From Macrostomum lignano (Eukaryota), in contig NIVC01003165.1 in assembly GCA_002269645.1 (NCBI GenBank), positions 1-64,000 of the forward strand: a stretch of 64,000 nucleotides of DNA, in the 5' to 3' direction. This document shows, one piece after another, positions 35,015 to 46,200 of the stretch. Under the pieces are notes generated by a model. The model was not told the DNA's origin and did no database searches. It saw only the letters and a program-made list of their open reading frames with translations. The translations under genes and the position numbers were made by a program. Position 1 is the first letter of the stretch. Every line of letters begins with the position of its first letter.

Positions 35015-35803
35015 ATGCCTCAGTTATGGAACGAGTCCAGAAGCAACGACACTGCAGACTCCAGCTGGAGCCCGAAGCCGCTGTTCGTCGTGCCCAAGTC
35101 GGCCATCACGGTGATGGTCGCCTTTGCGCTGCTCGCCATCGGCTTCGGCCTGGCCAAGCTGCTCAACCGCTTCTACAGGCGGTCTCATTTGCGCGACGAC
35201 CGCAGCGACGTCAGCGACCACACGCGGCAGCTGCTGAGCCTGCAGAAGTCAACCAGGCAAGGCCTCCTGCAGCGGCGTCGGGCGAAGCGGGCGGAAATGT
35301 CCGAGACGGAGCGACTGCAGTGGCAGATGACGGTGCTCAGCATGTGGCAGCGCCGGCCGGAGGAGGAGGACGAGTCGGACATGGACCCGCACACCGCCAT
35401 GCTCAGCCGCCTGCGCAAGGCCTGGCTGATGAAGCGCAACCGAAGCCGGCAGCCGGAGGCTGGGCAGGCCAACGGGCAGCAGAAGAAGCAGCGCACGGAG
35501 GAGGAGCTGCAGGCCGAGGTGAAGCGGCTGGCACTCGCCTGGCTGGCCGCGAGTCGCGCCGCCGCCGCCGTGACGCGCCGCAATCGGCGCCGATCGGCCA
35601 GCCACAACGCGATGATGCGCCGACTGAGTCGGGCCTGGCGCCAGCACATGGGCACCATTGCCGAGGCCGAGGCGGGCGACTCGGACAATGACAGCTACAT
35701 CACCGTCGCTGACCAGCTGTCGGCACGCGATGCCGCCAGCGCCGCGGACTTGGAGGCCGCCTCGGGGCGCAGAGACGGAGGCTACACGTGCCGCCTGCAG
35801 TGA
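35015..35803 (+). CDS. Hypothetical single-pass membrane protein, 262 aa
   Basis: Short N-terminus with N-glycosylation sequons NES and NDT; TM AITVMVAFALLAIGFGLAKLL followed by a basic stop-transfer; charged helical tail; GC-rich codons. Confidence 0.65.
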   Translation: MPQLWNESRSNDTADSSWSPKPLFVVPKSAITVMVAFALLAIGFGLAKLLNRFYRRSHLRDDRSDVSDHTRQLLSLQKSTRQGLLQRRRAKRAEMSETERLQWQMTVLSMWQRRPEEEDESDMDPHTAMLSRLRKAWLMKRNRSRQPEAGQANGQQKKQRTEEELQAEVKRLALAWLAASRAAAAVTRRNRRRSASHNAMMRRLSRAWRQHMGTIAEAEAGDSDNDSYITVADQLSARDAASAADLEAASGRRDGGYTCRLQ

Positions 35804-36825
35804 CCGTTTGCCCCGCCATGCAGAGTGCAGCCGTTGGCATTTATCGACTTAAATTCGAATGTATATTTAGCCTAAACATCTAATTTAATTTCACGAGTGA
35901 TTAGTATGAAATCAGCGATAATAAAATCATTAAAAGAATCAGCAATAGCCCCCTCTTTTGCCAATAGCTAGTAAAGCGATGTCCGCTGAGACGAAAGCAA
36001 CTTCATTTCGGCGCCTCAGTTGACATCCCTACTGTTATTTCGACACAATCTAGCATCTATCTAAATCTATCCTTACATATGTTTGCACCATATCAGCTCC
36101 AGTGTGTCCCTGGAGATATTTAGTCTTTATTCATACAGTGTCGAAGCTTGAAATTCTATAACTTTGACTCCAATTTTTTGAATTTCATAATTCAAAAACA
36201 ATACTTTAACAAAAAATCTCTCGTCGTTCAAAAATTATTTGAAATTTTTAAAGCCGCTTAAGTTTACTTGTTAAGCTTCGAATGGTGAGTTTCAGTATGA
36301 GATTCAAAATTTTTAGTTGGTTCAAAAACTTGAGTTAGTTCTGAGTTATTCCCCAGTTAAAAAAGCTTTCAGAGAGGTCATTACTGAGAAAGCTAAACTG
36401 GATTGCTATAAATCAATGGAAAATAAGACATTCCTGATTTGTGTCCTGTGGGTCAGTCAGCTGTAGCAGTGTATTGTGGGTCAGTCAGCTGTAGCAGTGT
36501 CTTGTGGATCAGTCAGCTGTAACAGTGTCTTGTAGGTCAGTCAGCTGTAGCAGTGTCTTGTGGATCAGTCAGCTGTAGCAGAGTATTGTGGGTCAGTCAG
36601 CTGTAGCAGTGTCTTGTGGGTCAGTCAGCTGTAGCAGTGTCTTGTGGGTCAGTTAGCTGTAGCAGTGTCTTGTAGGTCAGTCAGCTGTAGCAGTGTATTG
36701 TGGGTCAGTCAGCTGTAGCAGTGTATTGTGGGTCAGTCAGCTGTAGCAGCGTCTTGTAGGTCAGTCAGCTGTAGCAGTGTCTTGTGGGTCAGTCAGCTGT
36801 AGCATTGTCTTGTGGGTCAGTCAGC

Positions 36826-39800
36826 GCCAAGTTCGCCAAGTTCGCGCCTGACCTCGCCAGTAGGGTGCCTGCAGCGTGAGCAGCAGCACCTCCTGCACCG
36901 GCTGTGGGCAGTACGACTCGGCGCGGATGAGATGGCCTGCGAGCTGGAGTCGCCGACGGCGCAGTAGATCGCTTGGACGTGGCAGGCCAGTGCGGCGATA
37001 GAGTGCCGCGTTGTTGACTCGCTTGACGCCGATGTTGAAGGCGGCGTGCAGCAGGCCAGCGTGCGCCGCATCGACTTGCTGTTCGAGTGAGTCCGTCAGC
37101 GTCCAGGTCTCGGCGTTGTAGAGCAGGACGGTCTCGATTACCGCCTGGAACAGCGCCGCCCATTGGCGGTCCGGTAGGGCCTCGGACTGCAGGACTGCCC
37201 TCACAGAACAAAAGGCAGCCCAGGCAAGCCCGCGACGGCGTCGCAGGTCCTAGCGAGCGTCTGGAACCAGACCACCGAGGTAGACGAACTGCTGACATCG
37301 CGGGAGCTCGGTCGCCTGCCCGTCAGCGCCTCGGCAGAATATTGCAGCCTCGCTGTCGTCCGGCACGCAGAGCACAACGGTCTTCTGCGTGTTGACCACC
37401 AGGCCGACACTCGCCGCAACGGCAACCAGCCTGTCCAGCTGCCGTTGGGCGCCCTCGACGGTCGAGGACAGCAGGGCGAGGTCGTCGGCGTAGCCAAGCA
37501 CGCTGAGCCGTTTCTCCGGTTGACGTCGACCCACGCGTCGCCGCAGCAGAAAGCCGCGTCGTCGGTAGGCTGAGCAGTCCGCAGCACCCAGTCAAGCACC
37601 AGGATGAACAGGAACGGCGCCAACGTATCTCCCTGAAGCACTCCGGAGGAGGTCTCAAAGGAGTCCGATAGGCCGTCCGGTGTTGTCACAGCAGCTGTCG
37701 TATCACGGTACATCGCCATGATGGCGGAGATCAGCTGCTCAGGCACGTTGTACGCGAGGAGCACCATTGGAAGCACGGCTCTGACAACCAAATCGAATGC
37801 CTTCTTGAAATCAATAAAGATTAGAATCAGGATCGACTGGCGAATCCGCGCCTCCTCGATGACTCGGCGAAGAGCCAGGATCTGCGCCACTGTGCCGCGA
37901 TGGGGCCGGAACCCGTTCTGCTCTGGGCGCAGGTACGGATCCAGCACGGGCTGCAACCGCGAAAGCAGCATCCGGTTGAATAGCTTCGCTGCACAGGACT
38001 GAAGGCAGATGCCTCGATGGTCTTCAAGCCTAGTGGTGCCCGGCTTCTTTGGAACAGCGACGATGTGCGCCGTGGTCCATTCGTTGGGCGCCGCCTCACC
38101 GAAGAGCACGCGGTTCATCACTCTGGCGACCTCAGCGGCCACACAGGGGATGCGCAGCGCCTCGATGGGCACCTCGTCCGGACCCAGCGCTTTCCCGCCC
38201 GGTGACTGCTGGGCGAGCTTGACAACGTCGGCTGCGTTGACTGGGGCTACGCTAAAACTCTCCTCTGCCGGCAATGGCGTCTCCGGCGGCAGCGTCAGAC
38301 TGTCTGGCAGCGGGGGTGGCGGCGCGTTAACGATGGCGGCGAAGAACTCGCGCAGCTCGTTCCTGCGCTCATCCGGAGTGTCACCAGCCAGGTTCAGCGG
38401 ATTGCGCCGCTTTCGCCCCGTCAGAGCGTTGATGGCGGACCAGGCCACGCGCCCTCTGGCATCGGGCCCAGCGGCAGAGACAGCCTGAATGGCGTCATCG
38501 ACAGCCGCTTGTTGGCGCTGCAGGTAGACAGCCGCCAGAGCTGCCTCTGCCTCGCGGGTTGGTCGCCTGCTCAAGCGGAGCCTCTCCAGATCTTCCCTCG
38601 ATGCCTGAATCGCGGGGTCGTCCTGCCAGACCGGCTGCCCACGTTGAGCCGGTTGCATCATCGGGACTGCTTGCTCCGCGGCGGTTCTGACTGCAGCGCA
38701 CACTTCCGCATACTCGGCATTTCCACGCTTGTCGCCCAGCGCAGTGTTAAAGGCGCTAGCAAAGCGACGCTGCGTATCGGTGGCTCTGAGCGCGCGGTAG
38801 TAACTCCGCGGTGGCCGCTTCGGCGGACGGTAGAGCGGATCGCGAAGGTTGAGGTCGCAGATGAGGAGCCGGTGATCGGACCGCAGAGCCAGCGGCGTGA
38901 TGGTACGGCAGTTAACGGCGCGACGACGCTCACGGAAACACACGAGCAAGTGGTCGAACTGTGCTTGTCTCCGGGTTGCGTTCCTGCCACGCGCGTTCCG
39001 TCGCCTCCGCTTGCAGCCCACGAAGGTTGCGAGACCACTCAGTGGCTTGCGGAAGCGGGTGTTGGCCGACACCATGCCCTGCCTCTCTAGGAAGTCCTCC
39101 AATGCCTCGGTGTTGTTGTTCTCGCGTGGCGTCACGAACAGCGACCTCTCGGACCTACGCAGGACTGCGTTCAGGTCTCCGAGGGCGACCGCTGTGTCAC
39201 GCTGCGCCGTCGCCTCTACCTGCACTGAGAGCTGCTCGAAAAACTCTTGAGCCTCGTCAGGGCGTGTGGCATGGGGCGCGTACGCGCAGAACAGGCGAGC
39301 ATTCCGACCGCGAAGCCGGACGTCGATCCGAAGCAACCGGGGGACAGGGAGACGCAGCGACAGCTCTGCTGCAGCCTCGGCCCGATCAGCGCTCCAACTC
39401 CTCCACGGCCTCGCTGGTCCGCAGAAGTATAGTAGAGGGGCCACCCGGCGCCCAAGTCCTCACAATGAAGTCCCGGCTCGGCCTTGCAGCTCAGGTCGTA
39501 AGCTAGCTTCGCCAGCACCCCTCTACGCCAAGCAGCCTTGAGAGTGCGGCAGTTCAGCGTCCCGACCCCAAGCATGCCCTGTGGTACGGCTGGGGCTCGA
39601 TGCAGTTGAGCCTCACGGTCCCCGGCGCCGACCGGAGGATCCGAGTGGACCCGCGCGGCAGCCACGCAGCCGGCCTCGTCGGTTCCACTCACGCCGACGC
39701 TCAACACGCCGACGGGCGCTCCACTGCCCTCGCTTGGTCCTGCCGCATTTGGCCGCCGCAGCAGTTAAGCGCGGCTCTCCGTTCTGACCACGAGGAGATA

Positions 39801-39836
39801 GCGGCATTCATCTGCACCGTGGTGGAAATAAATTAA
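36826..39836 (-). mobile_element. RTE-clade non-LTR retrotransposon (single APE-RT ORF, frameshifted; 3' end appears truncated)
   Basis: APE motifs GTLNCRTL, LGDLNA, FDH and SDH; RT motifs FIDFKKAFD, GVLQGD and YADD; RTE-type LLYNAETWT and RLQLAGH; no ORF1. Confidence 0.92.
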
Positions 39837-39841
39837 TCAGC
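39741..39841 (-). ncRNA. HDV-like self-cleaving ribozyme fold at the RTE 5' end
   Basis: P2 UGCCGC/GCGGCA; P3 AUC/GGU; L3 UCCUCGU; P1' CAGAAC then GG; P4 GCCGC/GCGGC; J4/2 ..CCAAA. The P1 5' strand is only partly present at the junction. Confidence 0.7.
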
Positions 39842-40965
39842 TGTAGCAGTGTCTTGTAGGTCAGTCAGCTGTAGCAGTGTATTGTGGGTCAGTCAGCTGT
39901 AGCAGTGTCTTGTGGGTCAGTCAGCTGTAGCAGTGTCTTGTGGGTCAGTCAGCTGTAGCATTGTCTTGTGGGTCAGTCAGCTGTAGCAGTGTCTTGTGGG
40001 TCAGTCAGCTGTAGCAGAGTATTGTGGGTCAGTCAGCTGTAGCAGTGTCTTGTGGGTCATTCAGCTGTAGCAGTGTATTGTGGGTCAGTCAGCTGTAGCA
40101 GTGTATTGTGGGTCAGTCAGCTGTAGCAGTGTCTTATGGGTCAGTCAGCTGTAGCAGTGTCTTGTGGGTCAGTCAGCTGTAGCATTGTCTTGTGGGTCAG
40201 TCAGCTGTAGCAGTGTCTTGTGGGTCAGTCAGCTGTAGCAGAGTATTGTGGGTCAGTCAGCTGTAGCAGTGTCTTGTGGGTCATTCAGCTGTAGCAGTGT
40301 ATTGTGGGTCAGTCAGCTGTAGCATTGTCTTGTGGGTCAGTCAGCTGTAGCAGTGTCCTGTGGGTCAGTCAGCTGTAGCATTGTCTTGTGGGTCAGTCAG
40401 CCGTAGCAGTGTCTCGTAGGTCAGTGAAGTTCTTGAGTTTAAAGCAACGTCATGTCAAACATAAAAGGAGCTCAATGTAAAGGTGGATTGCTTAGATGTC
40501 AAGACTCATGGAGGGGAGTGTGGGTTGCTAAGATGCCAAGGGTCAATTTTAAGTTGTTGGTGGGCCAAGCCAAAGGGAGATTAGGGTTAAGCCATGCCCT
40601 AAAGCTCACAGGGGATGCTGATATCTTAGGCTTTCAGGGCTTTCAGGGCTGACGCTTTTTGCTTTAAATATCAATCAGTTTCTTTAGAATACTTTCAATA
40701 GCAGAAAACAAAAAAACAAGCAAAAAATTCCATTCTTTGTTGCCTCCCCAACAGGGGGGGGGCGCTGATTGCTAGCTGGGTCTAACCTTGTATCTACTTT
40801 TTCTCATTAGTTTTATTTATCAAAAATGAGCATAACTGCTTCGTAAAACAAAAAGATGGTAGGTCTGCTTTTAATTTTAATCATTGATTTATTGTGCGTT
40901 GTTAAACTCGTAATTTGGTTAAGAATTTCATTCAAAACAGCAATTCGATCCTCATTAGCAAACGA

Positions 40966-42004
40966 CTAGTAGACGAGCATCTCAATCTCCATCAGGGAGT
41001 AGCAGCATCCGTAGCCGTCCAGCCAGATCAGACCCTGACCGTAGGGTCCGTTCGGGCAGTCGGCAGCGTCTGGTACCGGCCGTTCGGGTGGCAGCGAGAG
41101 ACCGAGTTGAACCACCAAGCTCCTTGATAGTCAGAAGCCACGTTCACGGACGGCACTCCGTCATTGTCCTGCTCGTGGGTGCTGAACTTGCTGCCGCTCA
41201 TCGGACCGAATGAGTCACCGATGGCCGAGCTGCTGCTGGAGAATCCGGACACGCTGAGTTGATAGCTGCTGGCCTCGGGTCCAATGGAGAAGCTGGAGTA
41301 CTCAGCCCAGGACTCGCTGCCGTTCCAAGACGTCATTACGAATCGGAGCTTGCGCCCTCCGGGAACAGAAGTGTAGCTATTCAGAGCTTCCAGGCCTGAA
41401 ATTGGCGTGACAAAATGCTTTGTAGTCTACTTGCCTAAGTTTATATAGCCAGCATGTGGAAGCGTACCAATCCAGTAGTTTCTATCCTCATCCTCTCCGA
41501 ACGGCAGTTTATATGCGGCCCAAGTGCGATAAAAATTGACGGAATTTGAGACTCGGTGCTGCACCGTCATCCAGCACTTGCTGGCAGCCGCGCTCGGGAT
41601 CTGGAATATCCGGGCGAAGAAATACACTGGAGCACAGCCAGCTTTACAATGACAGCAGTTAAAAGCCTCCAAGAACAGTCACTTGGACCGGAACTCACCC
41701 AAACTTGCTGCTTTGCGGAGTTGATGTTTCGACACTTCCTACAGAGGCTTAACCCCGGGCGGCACTTGTAAATTCTGCACTCCGTTGTAGTTGAATTGTA
41801 CTCAACGAGTTGAGCTGCAGTCAACTTTGAGCTGGCGGTTGCCAAGCATTGAAAAACTGATCCGCTTTGCTGCGAAGTGATTACTTCATAGTCCGACAGG
41901 TTGTCATGGCTTCGAATCCAGAGATCACTCAGCTGCGACATGGTCGCTGCTCGATCAAACCTCGCAGAGAAATGCAGCAGGCACAGCAGGTGCACGAGCT
42001 TCAT
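40966..42004 (-). CDS. Secreted PAN-like plus fibrinogen C-terminal domain protein, paralog 1 (3 exons; 1-nt frameshift near 41040)
   Basis: Signal peptide; QCL...YNSTTTEC; [15 protein letters not shown]...F....YWIG; [16 protein letters not shown]; ends LMEIEMLVY. Confidence 0.8.
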
Positions 42005-43289
42005 TTTGACAACCTTTGCTGTTAGCTTAGGCTAAAACAGCTCGAAAACAGGATCTTTACTGATTTATATGCTGCTACCGGCTTCCAAAAAGTTAAACTG
42101 TATTGGAAAAAGTCTCACAAGTCCCGCGACTGACGTTGATTGAGAGAAGCGGTTTGTGCCGAATGCTTTACCCGACAGCAGAGGGTGACTTCTGAGTCTA
42201 TTTGGTTTTCATTAGCAAAAATTGTAGCTCTTACTCCCTTATTAAACTGTCTTTCAAAGCGAGCTCTCCATTGAAAACCTCACGCTCTCGCGACTGAGAT
42301 TGAAGTGAAAGCAAGAAATAATTGGAACGGGCTTCTATTGTCTGCCTGCACAATCATCCAAACTCAAATTTCGGAGACACTTTTGCAAAACAAGCGATTC
42401 AACTTGGGGATGGACTCTTTTTGTTGTTGACAGTTGAGCTGATAGGCTCTAAGGCTTCATCTGAAAAAACATTCCTGAAACAGTCTCGAGTAACATGTAC
42501 GAGTGTAACCGCCAAAATGCTTAACAGTAGAAAGACCACGCTATTTTTCCTCATGGGGAAAGACCACGGGGGGTGTATTACAAATACACACGACCCATTT
42601 CACGATAGCTCGCAAATTGAATTACCGATTTGCATGTTCTCAGCAAACAGGCACCAGGGTCCCCTTCATCACCGTCTGGAGCATCGGCGGCGACCGTCGG
42701 GACCTTTCAACAAAAGCACCCGATCGGTATCTCAGAGACGGCTGCGTTCCCAAAACTGAAGTGGAAGAATCCTCTTCTGCATGCATCATTCAGTCAGTAG
42801 ACATAATCGGTGAATGAAATGGACGATGGGGACCCTCTAGGCTGAGCTTTAGACATACAGGCGACCTTCGGGACCTTCAACGGAGTGCCACCACGCGGCC
42901 CTGACGAGCTGGCATCGCCAACATCCTGATTTTTCAATCAAGGCACCAAACCAGGCAGGTCTGCGTATTATACAGTGCTTTTGCAGCATGTTAAGTCGGA
43001 GAGTTACAAATTTGATTGGTGACCGAAAAATATAAAATATTTAATTTGTCAAAAATGATATTACAGCATTTCAAAAATGATATTACAGCATGTCAAAAAT
43101 GATATTACAGCAAATTCAGAGCAGAAGGATCTGAACACCGACACATAGACTCAAAAGCGGAGTCAATCGTCACTATTTAACTTGGTGCACAACGTGCGCA
43201 GTAATGGTGACTCACTGTCTCTTCCATGGCAGTGTCTTCGGAAAATTCCTTCTTCACACATGCAACACTTCCTTGTTGTTACAAGTTGA

Positions 43290-46200
43290 GGCGATAGATT
43301 AAGGAAGGCTCCCATGCCAAAGGGCGTGGACCTGGTGGCGTTGCAGATGAGCCTACACGCTCTGCCTTGGATCGTGTTGAGCAGGTCTGCATGGCTTTTG
43401 ACCTGGGTAGCGCTAACCCAGACAACAGAGGCGTACGTAATGGCAGGTCTAACTACGGAAGTATAGATCCACCAAAGCCGCTTTGGGGATAGACCCCAAG
43501 AAGTGCCAAGTGTTCGTCGGAGCTGGGCCAGGATGGCTGAGGCACGCTTGGCTTTTGCTTTCACGTGGAAGGACCAGTTGAGCCGGTGGTCAAGTGTGAC
43601 CCCGAGACATCTGGTCTGGTACGCGAAGGCAATATCTCTGCCGTAGAGCTGCAGAGGACGTATGTTCCAGCGTAGTCTGCTGGTAAACATAATGGCAACG
43701 GTTCTGGGCTCAGAGAGTTCCAGACCATTGTCATTGGCCCAGGATTCTGCTTTGCGGATAAAGCTCTGCATCAGATCCCTGAGCGTGCTGGGAGACGGTC
43801 CTGCCACAATGGCCGTGACGTCATCAGCATACCCGACTTTGAAGACGGGGTCGGGTCGGGCGTCACTCAGAAGAGCGTCCATGACCAGGTTCCAGAGCGT
43901 CGGGGTGAGGACTTCGCCTTGGGGTCCACCCTTACAGACTCTGGTGGAGGCAGTTTGCCCAAGAAGTTGGGCAGTGACCGTACGGTTGGAGATCATGTAC
44001 ATGATCCACCGTATGAGGGAGCATGAGCTTTGCGATTTTGAAGGGCCCTCTGAAACGCTTCAAAGATAACGTTGTCGAAAGCGCCAACAATGTCAAGAAA
44101 GAGAGCCAGGGCGTAACCGTCATCCAGTACCGCCCGTTCAATCTTCTCGACAATCGCATGCAGGGCGCTGTCAGTCGACCTCTCGGTACGGAAGGCGTGC
44201 TGATTATTGCTGAGGGGCATCGCTGTCAGCTCGCAGGAGAGCAGCCGCCAGAGAATAAGCCTCTCAGTGAGCTTAAGCATTGCTGACGTTAACCTAATTG
44301 GCCGGAAGGCCTTGACGCTTTGGTAGTCACCCTTCCCAGGTTTGGGAATAAAGACTACCTGAGCTTCAGTCCAGCATTTGGGAACGTATCCCAGCTGGAT
44401 AGAGGCCCGAATAAGATTGCGGGTGAGTCTCAGGAACGAGGGTATCTTGGCTGCTTCACGAAGGAGAACAGGGTAGATACCATCAGGTCCAGGAGATTTG
44501 AAGGGTTTGAAGGTTCTGACCGCACGAGCGATTAGGTCTTCAGTGACAATGCCCGCCGCTAGGGTGGCTCCATCCATCGAATGGTTGGGCTCCGGTCTAG
44601 CAGTAGGTACCCTCGGGAAGAATGTGCTGAGCATATGCTGAAGCACTTCTTCAGGGTCTTTAGTAAGAGAGCCAGCATCTTTTTTGATCATGGCTAATTT
44701 GGACATTTTGTCCATTGTAAGGGCCTTGACAAGCCTAGAAGTAGGTCTGTCTTGATCCAATTCATTGCAGAATTGGCGCCACTTACATTCCTTGGCCTTG
44801 CGCACTTCAGATTTGAAATTGCGGGAGGCTTGCCGGAAAAGCTCCATGTCCTCCGGGTTTCCGGTCTTCATGGCACGGCGATGAAGGCTTTTGGCCTTTC
44901 GCCTGAGTTTCCCAGCTCCGGGTTCCACCACGGCGCCGAGGTCTTGCCTTTGTAGGCGCGAGCAGGACAAGCCGCTTCGTAGGCTTCAATAATGCAACCT
45001 GTCAGCGTCTCAGCCATATGATCCACATCCTCGCAGGTCTCAATCGGACGTAAGTCCGTGAGTTCCTGCAGGTGCAGATCAAGGGCAGCCTTGTAGGCCG
45101 CCCAATCAGTGTTGCGGATATTGCGCCTCCAAGTGATCGGAGACTGGGTTTTAGTGTCCGCGATGTTAAAGGCGATAAAGCAGTGGTCAGACAGGGAGGG
45201 CTCCTCAGACCAGACTCTCCACTCCTCAACTCTGTCAAAGAGTCTTGGGGTAACGAGTGTGGCGTCGAGAACCTCGGTCCATCTGCCATTATTAAAGGTA
45301 GGAGTGCTGCCGCGGTTGCAGAGCATGAGGTTTGTGTTAGAGATGAGGGCCAGAAGCTCCTCTCCTCTAGTGTTGGTATCTTTGCTGCCCCAGTGCTTGT
45401 GGTGCGCGTTGAGGTCGCCCCCTAAGCACAGCTCAGCGTTCTGGGACTCGCAGTACTGCGCGAGGCGCAGTAAACTCTCAGGAGCAGGGTCTCTGTCGCC
45501 TGGGATATAAACCGAGGCAACAAGACACGTACGCGGAGAGAAATGATTAGATTGGATGACGCAAAGGTCTCCATCAGAGAGATCAGTCCTCAGCCAAGCC
45601 TGGAGATGGCTAGCAGCGAGGATAGCCGCTCTAGGGCGGCTGTTCCCCGGGCCACACACATAAAAATCAGAGTAGCCAGAGGGAATGTTGGGCAACTTAC
45701 CGTTGCGCATCCAGGGTTCCTGGATCAGGATGAGGCCTGGCCTGTACAGCTCAGCAATCTTCATCAGATTTACTGACGCAGATACGCAATGCTGTAAATT
45801 AATTTGCAGACAGAATGTCGCTCCTTTGGTAGCGTGTAGCTTAGTCACACTGTATTAAATGCAATGTCTGGCTAGAGCCCAGGGCCATCAAGGAGACTTG
45901 GACAACAGATCTTCCTCGTCCCAGGCCGCTGGGGCTTGACTGGGAGATGGGAGTTGGTCGACGTCCATGGCCTCCTCACCCCCACCGCCCCCCCCCCAGC
46001 AGAGTCCTCACTCTCCGATGACAGGATGGAGGAAGCTTCCTCATCTGCATCTTTACCTTCAGACCCCACCAGGGTGGCCGAGGAGAGCTCGGATTCCGAA
46101 GACCCGGCCTCGTCCTCAACTCCTTCTCCGACTGGCAGGTTTGGTTCCCGGGGCTTGGCCGGAGCCGTTACCGTGGTCGCCGAACTGCTGCTAGCAGAGG

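Larger units (their letters stand above)
36441..40425. repeat. 28-bp minisatellite split by the RTE insertion (36441-36825 and 39837-40425)
   Basis: Unit GTCAGTCAGCTGTAGCAGTGTCTTGTGG; about 14 plus about 21 copies. Confidence 0.95.

Noticed and set aside
33651-39836. Numerous overlapping antisense and alternate-frame ORFs
   Set aside because: Shadow ORFs of GC-rich genes and LINE sequence, with no motifs.
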